64,000 nucleotides of DNA from Dimorphilus gyrociliatus (GCA_904063045.1 CAJFCJ010000001.1:558001-622000), one strand, 5' to 3'; shown: positions 1-13,382, counted from the stretch's first letter. Notes: generated by a model not told the origin, from the letters alone. Made by a program: numbers and translations.

Positions 1-908
1 GTTATTAAGTTATGTTTAAGAGTTCAAAGTTTATAGATAGTTAAATATATTTATAGAGAAACGGTTAAAAAAATTAATTTTCTGGCCAAAAGGTGGTGTT
101 TAGTACAAGGCTTTTTATAGGTGTATCATTTCTAATTATTTAATTGACAGCTTAAAGAATATACTTTATCAATAGAAATACGATAGTTTTAGAATATTCA
201 TGCATTTTCATGTCAATCATTTATTCTATAGTTCTGTCAATTTTTCTTATTTCTTTCATCGATTAAAACGATCATCAATTTCATTTTCTTAAAAATGTTC
301 AAACTATTCTATATAAAAACTTTACAGTATAATAAAGAAAAGATTTTAGAAATGGAAAAAGCAAAGAGGAGAGAAGAACAAAAGCAAAAACCTTTTAATT
401 TTCTTTTCTTTCTCAAAGATAATGAGTAAAGAATGATTATTCATTAGATAACAACTAAAAGAGATAGCTTTTTCTCTTTTCGCAAGTGTTATATACTGTA
501 TATATATATATATATCTTGGTTGAGAAAAAGATAACGTATAATATATAAACTATTGTGTAAAAGCTTTTAACATTTGAAACATACAAAAGATATTCATTT
601 GACCCTCTTTATGTAACATTTATCAAACTCTCATCTTACGAATTCCCTTATATTACCTTTTATACTCGAATGTAACCCATTCTTTCTTTATTAAAAGCTA
701 TAAATGATTGTGATTAACAATCTCGTTATGATTGAAGCAAATTGTAGATAATAGTATAGGAAGAAGCGAAATAGTTTATATCTTAAGGTTTATTTAAAAA
801 ATTCACTATGAACTTAATTTCGTTAGCAAACAATTTTTCTTAGGTTATAAAACACGAGAAAAAACTATTCCAACTTCCAAATACAATAATTAAAACTACT
901 TTTATTGC

Positions 909-3900
909 TCACTGGCAAATCCATGATATAAGCTGATCAGCGGCTTGATTAACTTCATTTTCCCTCCTCACTCTGTATACATGAGAACTATCTGGATCTG
1001 ATGCCATTTCGTTTGCTTCATTCATATTTGCTACAGATTGTTTTTGAGGATCATCAAGCGCAACGACAAACACTTCTATATTTCTTTGCCTCATATTTCT
1101 TGCTTCATTTCTTGTATTTCCAGCCTGGAGAGTGATAATTATTAATTTAGTTATATATAGTATATTTTAAAAATTGCCATATTCAACCCTACTCACGTTG
1201 ACGTTGGATTTGGCATCGGTAAAAATTATTGCTACATTATCCGAGCCACCTCTATCGCCTCTTCCTCCGTTAAATACATTGTTATAAGCTAAACGAATGG
1301 ATTCAGCCGCATTCGTTCTTCCTCCAGTTGTACTCCAAGCCAATGAGTATAAGGGACCAAGTTTATTATCATAAGTATTTAGATAAAAGTTGACTTCTGC
1401 TCTATCCGAATACGAAACCATTGCGAATCGGAATCTACCGTTTTGCATTGGAAGTCCATGGATAACTCTTTTAATAATATTTCTTGTAACGTTAAACAAA
1501 TTATCTACGGATCCCGACACATCAACAATGAAGGTTACGTCTTTTGATCTTGAGCATTGACGATCACATCTTTCTCCTCCCCAACTTCCTTGACATCTGC
1601 AGTTAAAACCGTACAACATATCGTCACATTGAGCATTGTTTCGGCAAGCACCATTACATTCATTTTGGTTGTTACTGAATGCAGTAAGAACAGTTGAACG
1701 ATAGTTGGAAAGTTCAGATTGACTACGAATTTGGATAATGTTGCGATCCCATGGTTCACTAGCGATTCCTCTGACTTCTACCCAGTTAACCATATTTCCG
1801 ATTGATACAACAGTTATGTGGATACCCTTTATTTTTGAATTGATAGCTTCAGGTATAGTTTGAGCGGCATTGATGTTTGAGCTTCCATCGGTAAATACTA
1901 AAGCGTAATTTGGAAATTGACTTCCCGATCTATCGCCATTACCACTTGTAAACATTGTTTGGTGCATCACTCTCAAAGCTTCGGCGGTATGTGTTCTTCC
2001 ACCAACAAACTCTACTCTTCTAATGTGTTCAAGAACATCTTGTTTCGATTTATATGTGTTCAATTGGAATTCAATTGCAGCACTGTCACTATATTTGAGT
2101 AGACCAACTCTAATTCTTTCTTGATCAATTGGTAAATCATCCAAAAAGCTAATAACCCAATCCTTAACTAGACGTAACCTTTCCCTTCTAATAGATCCTG
2201 AAACGTCTAGTACAATAACTAAATCAAACCAGTTTCCAATGTTGGTTTGACATCTCGAACCACGGAATGCTGGAGGACATAGGCACTCAAAACCACCAAC
2301 CTTATCTACACAAGTTCCACTATTTGCACAAGGATTGTTTTGGCATTCATTCGTATCTACAAGGTAAGGTGTTTTATTAAACAAGAACGTATTGAAGAAA
2401 GGCAAGGACATGTAAAGAGATGCTTACTATCGCAAACTGCATCCAAAAGTTGGTTTTTAATTTGATTAAAATTATCGAAATTTGAAACTTTGAACAGATT
2501 TCTATCGGCTGGAGCACTAACAATAGCTCTTAGTTCAGCTTCATTTGCGTTACCAATAGCAACGCCTAAAACAGTTGCCCCTTGATTATCATTTCTGAGT
2601 CTTACGGCTTCCCTAAAAGTCTGAGTAGGGTTGTTGCTTTTTCCGTCTGTAAAGAGTATGCCAACTTTTCTAACATTCGATCTTTGACCTCTTTGTAATT
2701 GGTTGCTTCTCATTTCTTGAAGAGCTAAATGAGTTTCAGTACTTGCACCATCGAAATAAAAGTTCATTGCATTTAAATATTCAGGTAGAAGAGTGAATTG
2801 ATCTAAATAGAATTTTGTAACAGTTTCGTTACTGAACTTCTGTACAGATATTCTGGAGTTTGGAACATTTACACCCATTCTGTTTAAAAAATGGATTATA
2901 TTCATTATTTATAATAAATAAGTAAATAAATGCGTTTTTATTGAATTATATAATTACATTATATCATTTGCAAAATCAATTGCTTTCCTAAAATGCATCT
3001 TTTGCATGGAACCGGATGAATCTAGGGCAATTGCAAGATCCATTGTGTCCTTTTGGCATCCTTTATAAGATTAGAAATTTTTTTACATATATAAATGTGT
3101 ATTTTAGGTATTTTCGACTTACTTCTTTCACATGTTTTACCACCAAAACCAGTATTACAATTGCAAGTGAATGATCCTGTTCCAGGAAGGCATGTGCCAC
3201 GCCCACTGCAAGATTGTCCATTGCAGGGATCATTATCTACAGAAAAGAATGTTGATATAGATATATTATTATATAAACATTTATGTATATCTGTGTTGTT
3301 ATTAGAAGATTTGTATAATTATTAATTAAGGGTACTTGCTTTGACAAATGAGATTTGTTAGTCGCTGTTTAACATTTGGCAGATTTCTATAGCTGTCTAC
3401 TAAAATAAGATTTTCTTCATGTGAATAGCTGGCTAAGCTCTGAAGTTCGTATAAATCGAGCCATGTTCCAATTCCTAAAACGATAAAGTGTAAACCACGA
3501 GTCTTAGCAATGTGGATTTCACGCATTGTTTCTTTCTTTTCGTTAGAACCACCATCAGTAAGAAGAACTGCTATATCAGCTTGATCATCTCGAGCTCCAT
3601 TGCTTGACTGGAAGATTTCGTTGTAGGCTCTAGCGATTGCTTTATCAGTTCTAGTTTTTCCTTCTTGTTGAAATTGAATTGCATCGATGGCCTTGACAAT
3701 ATCTTCTCTATTATTATACGCATTGAGCCTAAAGTTGACTGTTGCTTCTCCTGTAAATGTTACAACAGCGACTCTTGTAGATAGTGTACCGATTGTAAAA
3801 TCGATTATTATAGATTTGACGAATTCCTTTTGTCTCATAAAGTTATCGTATCCCATAGAGCCAGAAGCATCTAAAATGAAGAGAATGTCGCCTGAACGGG

Positions 3901-4678
3901 TACAAGTTCCGGGAGGTGGAAGTGTTGAAGCTCTAGGCAGTGGGGTTGGAGTTGTTGGAGGATTTGAAGGTTTAATGGTTGTGCAAGACTCCCGAATCAG
4001 AGCTTCTAGAATAGACTCCAACTGACTAAACTCTTGTACGAATAAATAGGAGTCAGCATAGGGATTTTCTGGTAGTGTGCAGTAAAAATTCCCTGGTGTA
4101 ACACTGCAATCCGGATCTCTTACAAACTCTCTCATTTGTGTTTCATTCACGGAAGCGGTTACACCAACGCCGATTAAACGGATGTTCATATCGTGAATTC
4201 TTTTGATTACTATAGGCGTTTTTTCAACATCTCTTGTTGGTTTACCATCGGTTATCAAGATAAAAATATCACGGGCGTCCGGTCGGTTACCATTTGCTTC
4301 AGTGAATTGTTCATCGAGCATAGTTAACAAACCTCCAGAAGTATTTGTATTACCACCGCTATAATTCATATCTTCGATTGCCTGCAAATAGTCACTTTCT
4401 CTGTCATATGAGTTAAGTTGAAAAACCACATTTGCTCTGTTACTAAATCTATTTGCAGCAAAATGAGTTCCAGATTCTCCAATTTCGTTGAATTTTCGGA
4501 TTATACTTTTTAAAAAGTCTTTTACAGCTAGCCAATTGTTCCAATTGCTTCGACTGGGATCAGTTATAGAACCTGAATCGTCTATTATCAATCCTATATC
4601 TGCTCGGCATACTTCTTGTTCATACGACAATCCAACAAAAGTAATAAAGAGCAATGAGAGAATGCAAAGATGCTTCAT
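909..4678 (-). CDS. Secreted VWA-EGF protein, paralog A (signal peptide-VWA-Pro/Thr linker-VWA-EGF-VWA-EGF-VWA-EGF-VWA); matrilin/collagen VI-like VWA domains
   Basis: Six coding exons: 4678-3340, 3236-3123, 3060-2958, 2879-2428, 2356-1197, 1124-909; phases are consistent if intron 1 uses a GC donor. Five DxSxS MIDAS motifs (DDSGS, DASGS, DSSGS, DVSGS, DVSGS), three 6-Cys EGF modules and a hydrophobic N-terminus. Stop TGA at 909-911, followed by AATAAA. Confidence 0.9.
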
Positions 4679-4924
4679 TTCTACAGAAAGAAACGTATGA
4701 AAAACAATACAAAGGAGCAGAATTTTTTTTTGCTAATTAAAGTAATTAATTAAATACTTCATTTAAATAAATGAATATTAATAATTAACTTAATATAAAT
4801 ATGGTTTAGTTAATTTATAACAGTTGATACTAACCGATTTAATAGTTAGTTAGCTTTTTTATAGGAATAAGAATCAAAAAATTTTTCTCTTTCGGCAGAT
4901 TTTTTGGGTTGTTCTGTCGTTGGC

Positions 4925-5095
4925 CGAGCCTAGACGACTGATCGTATTCAAATAGCTCCCTGAATACGCCATTGCCCCAAATAGAAATTCCTTTATATAC
5001 ATTTTCTTTATTCGAATTCATGGGCGAATCTTTGTCAAAAAAATATCGAAATTCCAAATGCCTAACAAACCAGTTTGGATGATTAGTCAAGGTGG
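4925..5095 (-). promoter_or_regulatory. Core promoter / non-coding first exon region of VWA-EGF paralog A
   Basis: Aligns by eye with 13410-13580 upstream of paralog B. GTATATAAAG (TATA-like) on the minus strand at 4991-5000. Candidate GTTAGT donor near 4834; TAG acceptor at 4681-4682, two bases before the ATG. Confidence 0.55.
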
Positions 5096-7069
5096 ACAAT
5101 TCAAGCGTAAATGATCAATTGGTCAAAATTAAAAGAGTAAACAAATAGACGCCTCCATATTTATACACATCCACACCCACACACACATACATATACAGTT
5201 ACAAACGCATACAGATACTATTCATTTATTATATTCATATTTATATAAAGTATTAAAGGCGGAACTCACTGTAGAAATATTTTGACAAACATTCTTTTTG
5301 CATAAGTAATAAAAGTTAAGATAACAAAAGTAATTTTCGGATACTTTTGAATAAATGAATATTCATGAAGTAATTTCGTTTGTATCAGAACGTTATGTCT
5401 TTGCTAGAAAGTACATTTAGAAGCTTCTCCCTTATTGTTTGTAGACTAACGGCATATTTTCCCGACTAATAGGCTGTTTTGTTAAAGTAAAACATTTTTT
5501 ACGTAGATTTTAAGAATCAATAGCATAGACATAGTAGGCTTGTTAGATATAATTCATATAAAATTCATATTTTTCTCTTGTGCTCTTCGGTTACATTGAC
5601 TCTAGTTTTTCATTTTGCCCCTTATATTTGACCTTTACTTTTTTTTCTGTCCGTACAGTATACCACTTGAAATATTTTCTCGCTTATTGTAGTATTAAAT
5701 GAGAAGCCTTGCCAGGGTATTCTTTAATATTGGATATGACAGATTGTCTGTTCAATATTTGGCCTTTGACGAAAATATCGAACAGAAATTAATCTGCTGT
5801 ATAGAGCTTGCAAAGGCTTATCTATCGTTAGAGTATTTAATTGTATACGTCTTCTTATTCTTTTCATTCAATAAATTACATTAAACTAAAGCAAAATCGC
5901 CTCTTTCTTAACATAAAAAACTCTTTCTTTTAAAAAAGTCTTCTTTTTATAAATGAACTTTTTGCCAGGTATTTTCCTGCATATAGTAAAGCTACTGTAT
6001 CTGTTCTTCTACATCTTATAGGCTATAATTATATATAGGTATATAATAGAATTTCTTTCAGTCCCTTTTTTAATGAATCTATTGAAACTGGTCGAAATCC
6101 CTCCTTTGAAAAAAAATAAACTCTTCTCTTCGTCCGATAAAACTAATAATTTTTTTTCTGTCAAATGACAATCTCCTACAATCTTTTATAATCCACCTAC
6201 TCAATATTTATATAACGTTTATTATTCAATCTTTAAAGAAATATTGATTTTACTTGTTATTCTCTAGATTAATTATTAAAGATTAATTAAGTAGAAAATT
6301 CCTCTACTATCTACGATAAACCGTAATTACACGATTTGTTAAATAAAAAGTGGTAAAATATTATAAATAATAGGCCTTGAATAAATACAATTTGTTCAAA
6401 TAAGTAGTACAAAAGGGGCATTATATTAAAAGACTATAATATAATGGATATAAGCATATTAAGTTTTGTAGGCTAACAAAGTTTTTTTTAATTCGATACA
6501 GAAATGAATTATTTCTTATTTAACTCTTAGAAGAAGGTCTTAGGATGAACCCAACTCTTTTTATGATAATATGTATTCTTTACATTTCATTTATATTCCC
6601 TTCCTCGGATCTTTATTTCCCTCTATAGTTTTTATGATTTCAAGCATATTTTCTTTAAAATTTTTATAATTCCACCCAAAGTAAAGATTTAAGTACGTAA
6701 ACTGTATATTTAATTTTCTCAATAACCTTGATCTATACTGGAATTATTTTCTCTCTTCTTTACAATGGTTCACTATCTTTACATATTTCTCTACTTTTCA
6801 ATATCTGTCGCACTGTCATATTTTCTTTTGATCTAGTTGCGAATCTATTAGTTTCATGATTATTAATTGGCAAAGACCAATGCAGAATAAAAACAATTTA
6901 CTAAGATTAAGAAAATAAGAGAAAAGAATATAAATTCACAAGATTTACTAGTTGCATATTAATTCTAGTCGTAGCGATATATTGTTATAATAATAGATCG
7001 ATTAAACATATATCCATTGCACCGCCCTAGTCTGATCACAATTATTATATATAAACTAATGTTTAGTGA

Positions 7070-7071
<2 letters not shown>

Positions 7072-7099
<28 letters not shown>
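7072..7099. repeat. (TA)n microsatellite
   Basis: Perfect TA run read directly. Confidence 0.95.
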
Positions 7100-7104
<5 letters not shown>

Positions 7105-9250
7105 TTAGGAATAGTAAAGAGGAGAATGAATAAAGTTCAACTTATGTAATATTTAACTTGAACTTTTATCTTAAAACTTCTATATTTTGATATTTCATAC
7201 AAAGCCAACAATGAAACTTGAATACTCTTTAAATACGATTGAAAAATATTAACCTCCCCCCACCTCCGGCCTACAAAACGGCTCTAACACTCATTTCTCC
7301 CACTCCACCCCCCACCCTTTTTCAAGTAAATATCTAACTAATTATGAAAATATCGATATCTAAGTACTTTTTATTATTATGAAAATTTAGAAAGGCTATA
7401 TCCCTAAAACTAGTTCATTTATTTGTCTATTTTAAGACTTTTAGAAATTTCTCATAAGAACTGTCGACAAGTTTTATACTAAAAATCTAATTACTTTGAT
7501 ATAAAGGGCGCATGTTTTAACCAAAAGAAAAAGTATCTTTTATAGAATTATATTTCATTTTATTTTGAATCAAAACTTTTCTTTTTCTTGTTCTTTCTTT
7601 TAGATTCCTCCTGCACCTCCTCCCCTCCCCCTCCCTATCTCTCTCTCTCTCTCTTTCATGCGCCTCTTTTATATGCCACATTTTAACCATTTTCAAAGGA
7701 TTTTATCTGTCGTTGTTATTTTACGACTTCTTTTAATAAATAAAAGTGACGAGGAGGAAAAAAAAGGTAATAAATAATAGTCTTTGTTTACTAGTAAACT
7801 TTTGATAATAGTTGTACAGGTAAATGTAGAAGTGAGAAGAGACAGAGTGAGAGAGAGAAAGAGAGAGAGAGAAGTTAATGGAAAGTCATAAAATACTAAT
7901 ATTAGTATGGGTTTTAACATTTTTTATCATTCCACCAACTTGAATAAAACGAATTACTTATACACGAAATACCACTTTTTTTATTGTCAACTAATCCGGA
8001 CACGAACTTCGTGGTTTTTTTCGTGAATAGATTGACCTTACTAGTACATTTAGTATTAATAATAAGTGGAGAGATCAAGTCTCAAAAGACGCTCTCAACC
8101 CTTTTAATACCTATTTGAGTATACATAAATTTACAAATATTAAAATAGATTCTTTGATGAAATATACAGCTTTCATCTTCCGAGTTCAAAAGATAATTTT
8201 CTTTGAAATACACACCTAGATATTTTTCTAAGCTCTAGCTCTTCTTCCTTTCAATTATAATTACTATCGAAAAGGCTATGTCCTAAGGTTATTTTCTACA
8301 ATTGAACATGCGTTATGCCATCTATAGGCTGTTTTCTTTTTTTAGTTTTTTTGAACCCTAATTCCCAAAATGAAACTACCTCACATAGAAACAAAACAAT
8401 AGAGAAAAATCATAAAATTATGAGTATTTCGAAAAATGAAAGCGATAGTCAACAACTTTGATGTTTTAAAAAATATGCCATTTCTTTTTTTATCAACAGT
8501 CAATACTCTAATAATTTAAAAATATCATTTCTTTTATGTTGAATGAAAGCAAAAAAAGAGACGAAAAAAACTATCTTTTATGTAAAAAAAATAATAAGAA
8601 GAATGTTGTGGGAGTAAAATGATACTAAAAATAGACAACTATTAGAATATTTACTGTATACAGGATTTATGTATAATATATCTGTTTAATGGATTTAATG
8701 ATTAATATCAAAATAATAAAAATAACAACAAAAACAGCAAAGTATTAACATTAAAAAACAAACAATTTAAAATTTTTCAATTCATTTTATTAATTTGTCA
8801 ATTTCTTTTTTATTCCCTTTTTTCATTCAAACAAAATGTTCAAATTACCTAAATAAAATGTTAAGTGAAGAAAAGGGAACGCTCAAACAATAAACAAGAA
8901 GAAAATGTACAAAAGGATGAATAACAATATTAATAGTAGAGAGAGGTAATAGAAGAAGAAGAAGAAGAAGAGAAAGAAAATTGTAGATGCGAAATTTTTC
9001 CTCATTTTAGAGAGAAATTAATCTGTTGTTTTTTTTTGGTGAATTTAATTTTTATTGAGTACAAAAGTTAAAGAAGAAATAAAAAAAAACATTAGAAATT
9101 TGCCTTCTAAGTTGTTGAAATTGTAAATAGTTTGAAAAGATAATATAGGCCAAAATAAAATCTGTCATAAACAAAATAATAAGTGGAAAACTTTAAAAAG
9201 TTTTCAATTTTCCGATAAAATATTTAATTTCCTTTTCTTGTCTGAAAACA

Positions 9251-12200
9251 CTACTGGCACATCCGATCTATGAGATTATCGGCTGCCGAATTAACATCGC
9301 TGTCCCTTCTTACTCTGAATACGTGAGAACTATCTGGATCTGATGCCATTTCGTTTGCTTCATTCATATTTGCTGTTGATTGCTTTCGAGGATCATCGAG
9401 CGCAACGACAAACACTTCTATATTTCTTTGCCTCATATTTCTTGCTTCATTTCTTGTACTTCCAGCCTAAATAGAGTTAAATATTAATTTGGTTATATAT
9501 ACATAGAATATATTCAAACATTTCCATATTCAACCCTACTCACGTTGACGTTGGATTTGGCATCGGTAAAAATTATTGCTACATTATCCGAGCCACCTCT
9601 ATCGCCTCTTCCTCCGTTAAATACATTGTTATAAGCTAAACGAATGGATTCAGCCGCATTCGTTCTTCCTCCAATCTTACTCCAGGCCAATGAGTATAAG
9701 GGACCAAGTTTATTATTATAAGTATTTAGATAAAAGTTGACTTCTGCTCTATCCGAATACGAAACCATTGCGAATCGGAATCTACCGTTTTGCATTGGAA
9801 GTCCATGGATAACTCTTTTAATAATATTTCTTGTAACGTTAAACAAATTATCTAAAGATCCTGACACATCAACAATGAAGGTTACGTCTTTTGATCTTGA
9901 GCATTGACGATCACATCTTTCTCCTCCCCAACTTCCTTGACATCTGCAGTTAAAACCGTACAACAAGTCGTCACATTGAGCATTGTTTCGGCAAGCACCA
10001 TTACATTCATTCTGAGCATTACTGAGAGATGATAGAACAGTTGAACGATAGTTTGAAAGCTCCCTTTGACTACGAATTTGAATAACGTTGCGATCGTATG
10101 GTTCACTAGCGATTCCTCTGACTTCATTCCAGTTAACCATAGTTCCAATTGATATAGCAATTATATGGATACCCTTTATTTTTGAATTGATAGCTTCAGG
10201 TATAGTTTGAGCGGCATTGATGTTTGAGCTTCCATCGGTAAATACTAAAGCATAATTTGGAAATTGACTTCCCGATCTATCGCCATTACCACTTGTAAAC
10301 ATTGTTTGGTGCATCACTCTCAAAGCTTCGGCGGTATGTGTTCTTCCACCAACAAACTCTACTCTTCTAATGTGTTCAAGAACATCATGTTTCGATTTAT
10401 ATGTGTTCAAATGGAATTCAACTGCAGCATTGTTACTATATCTGAGTAGACCAACTCTAATTCTTTCTTGATCAATTGGTAAATCATCCAAAAAGCTAAT
10501 TATCCATTCTTTGACTAGACGTAACCTTTCCCTTCTAATAGATCCTGAAACGTCTAGTACAATAACTAAATCAAACCAGTTTCCAATGTTGGTTTGACAT
10601 CTCGAACCACGGAATGCTGGAGGGCATTTGCACTCAAAACCACCAACCTTATCTATACAAGTTCCACTATTTGCACAAGGATTGTTTTGGCATTCATTCG
10701 TATCTACAAGGTAAAGTATTTTATTAAGCAAGAACGTATTGAAGAAAGGCAAGGACATGTAAAGAGATGCTTACTATCGCAAACTGCATCCAAAAGTTGG
10801 TTGCTAATTTGATTAAAACTATCGAAATTTGGAACTTTGAACAGATTTCTATCAGTTGGTGAATTAACAATTGCCTTCATTTCATCTTCATTTGCATTAC
10901 CAATTGCAACTCCTAGTATGGTAGCTCCATCGATTTCATTTCGCAGTTTGACTGCTTGTTCAAAAGTCTTGTCTGGTTTATTACTTTTTCCATCGGTTAA
11001 TAATACACCGACTTTTCTAACATTTGATCTTTGACCTCTTTTTAACTGATTACTTCTCATTTCTTCCAGAGCTAAATTTGTCTCCGTCTTTCCTCCGTCA
11101 AAGTAAAAGTTCATTGCATTTAAATATTCTTGTCGATCACTAAATTGATCTAAATAGAATTTCGTGTTTGTATCCGTACTAAATTTTTGAACAGAGATCC
11201 TCGAGTTTGGAACATTTACACCCAATCTGTACGAAAAATAGTGAAAGAAAAGAATTGATTTGGAGGAGATATAGGAAATATGCCATCTTTAAAAAGTAAA
11301 AGTTTAATATATATACATTATATCGTTTACAAAGTCTTGCGTTTTTCTAAAGTGCATCTTTTGCATTGAGCCAGAAGAGTCTAGAGCAATTGCCAAATCC
11401 ATTGTGTCCTTTTGACATTCTATCAAAGATAACAAACAAATTATTGATAAAATGTTATTGAACATAAAGTTTAGGGTACTTACTTCTATTACACGTTCTA
11501 CCACCGAAACCAGTATTACATTTACAAGTAAACGATCCTGCACCGCTAACACATTGACCTCGCCCACTACAAGATTGTCCTTGACAAGGGTCAATATCTG
11601 TTGAAAGGGCAATATTTAATTTAAAGAAATTTTACATAACAAGTTTACTGTTTACATACTGCGGCAAACAAGATTCCTAAGTCTTGTTCTGACACTAGGT
11701 AAGTTTCTGTAACTATCGATACGTATCAAATTTTCTTCGTGGGAATAACTAGCTAAACTCTGGAGTTCGTATATATCGAGCCATTTTCCAATTCCGAGAA
11801 CAATAAAGTGTAAACCACGAGTTTTTGCTATATGAATCTCGCGCATAGTTTCTCTTTTTGAGTTGGAACCACCATCAGTGAGGAGAACAACGATATCTGG
11901 CTGATCATCTCTAGCACCATTACCTCGTTGGAATATATCATTGTAAGCTCTAGCAATAGCTCTATCAGTTCTCGTTTGGCCGTTTCTTTTGAATTGAATA
12001 GCGTCAATAGCTTTGATAATATCTTCTCTACTGTTAAAAGCGTTAAGCCTAAAGTTGACTGTTGCGTCTCCTGTAAATGTTACAACAGCGACTCTTGTAG
12101 ATCGTGTACCTATTGTAAAATCGGTTATTATAGATTTAACGAATTCCTTTTGTCTCATAAAGTTATCGTAGCCCATGGAACCGGAAGCATCAAGCATGAA

Positions 12201-12992
12201 AAGAATATCTGCTGTTTTTAAGCAGAATCCTGGTGCGGGAAGAGTTGAAAAGCGTGGTTGTGCGGTCGCTGGTGTGGTTGGTTTCAAAGTAGCGCAAGAG
12301 CCTTCAATCAAATCATCTAAAATACCATCAAGTTGATCAAATCGTTCAACTTCAAGATAAGAATTGGCATATTCATTTGTCTCTTTAGGACAATATCGAT
12401 GATTTGGGTTGACGGTACAGTCCGGATCTCTTACAAATTCTCTCATTTGTGTTTCATTAACAAAAGCTGTTACACCAACTCCGATTAAACGGATGTTCAT
12501 ATCGTGAATTCTTTTGATTACTTGAGGTGTTTTTTCAATATCTCTTGTTGGTTTACCATCAGTTATCAAGATAAAAATATCACGGGCGTCCGGTCGGTTA
12601 CCATTTGCTTCAGTAAATTGTTCATCGAGCATAGTTAACAAACCTCCAGAAGTATTTGTATTACCACCACTATATCTCATTCTTTCAATAGCATTTTTGT
12701 AATCACTCTTACTCGTATATTGATTAAGTTGAAAAACAACATTTGCTCTGTTACTGAATCTGTTAGCTGCAAAATGAGTTCCTCTGTCTCCGGTTACCTC
12801 AAACTTATCAATTATTTTGAAAATAAAGTTTTTTACGTCTATCCAATTTTGCATGCTTGGCGGATCAGTATCCGTTATTGAACCCGAATCATCAATAATT
12901 AATCCTATATCTCCCCGACATTTTGATTGTCCATTGACGACCCAAGCTATTGTAATAAGAATATAGAGGGTAATAACCCTTGAAGCAAGCAT
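9251..12992 (-). CDS. Secreted VWA-EGF protein, paralog B (same 5 VWA + 3 EGF architecture)
   Basis: Same exon layout and phases as paralog A, with a constant 8347 bp offset over the 3' half. ATG at 12992 ([12 protein letters not shown]...); the ORF-track start at 13016 is a TTG upstream of a CAG acceptor at 12998-13000. Stop TAG at 9251-9253. Confidence 0.9.
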
Positions 12993-13382
12993 TTTTTCTG
13001 TTTGGATAAAAAACAATATAAGCTGCTTTCTGTTAATCTACAATAAAAAACCATGGGTTATCATGTTTTTTTTTTTAAGATTATTAATAATACTCTTACT
13101 GTATATATATTCAATGTATAGATACGAGAATATTAAAACTTTAAATGAAAAACTGACCCTTATAGCCTGTTTCTTCTTTTTGTTTCTTTTTATTTAAAGT
13201 CTTATTTTACTTTTGAAAAGAATAACATAAATTAAAAATTACAGTTTTCCAGTTGATGTTGAAGTTATTTATTACTTTTTTCTATTAAAATGTTTAATAA
13301 ATTAAATTCTTCATTTCATTAAAAAGTCATTCTTCACTTTTGACTAATCTTCATTGAATGCTTTATTATAAAACTTTCTTAC

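Noticed and set aside
4839-5099. 86-aa minus-strand ORF upstream of VWA paralog A
   Set aside because: It has a TTG start, and the homologous block upstream of paralog B has frame-breaking indels. It is better explained as promoter/5'-UTR.
5900-6900. Faintly coding-like minus-strand patches between the VWA paralogs
   Set aside because: Frames are short and interrupted, and I found no RT, transposase or helitron motif, terminal repeat or target-site duplication. A TE call is unsupported.
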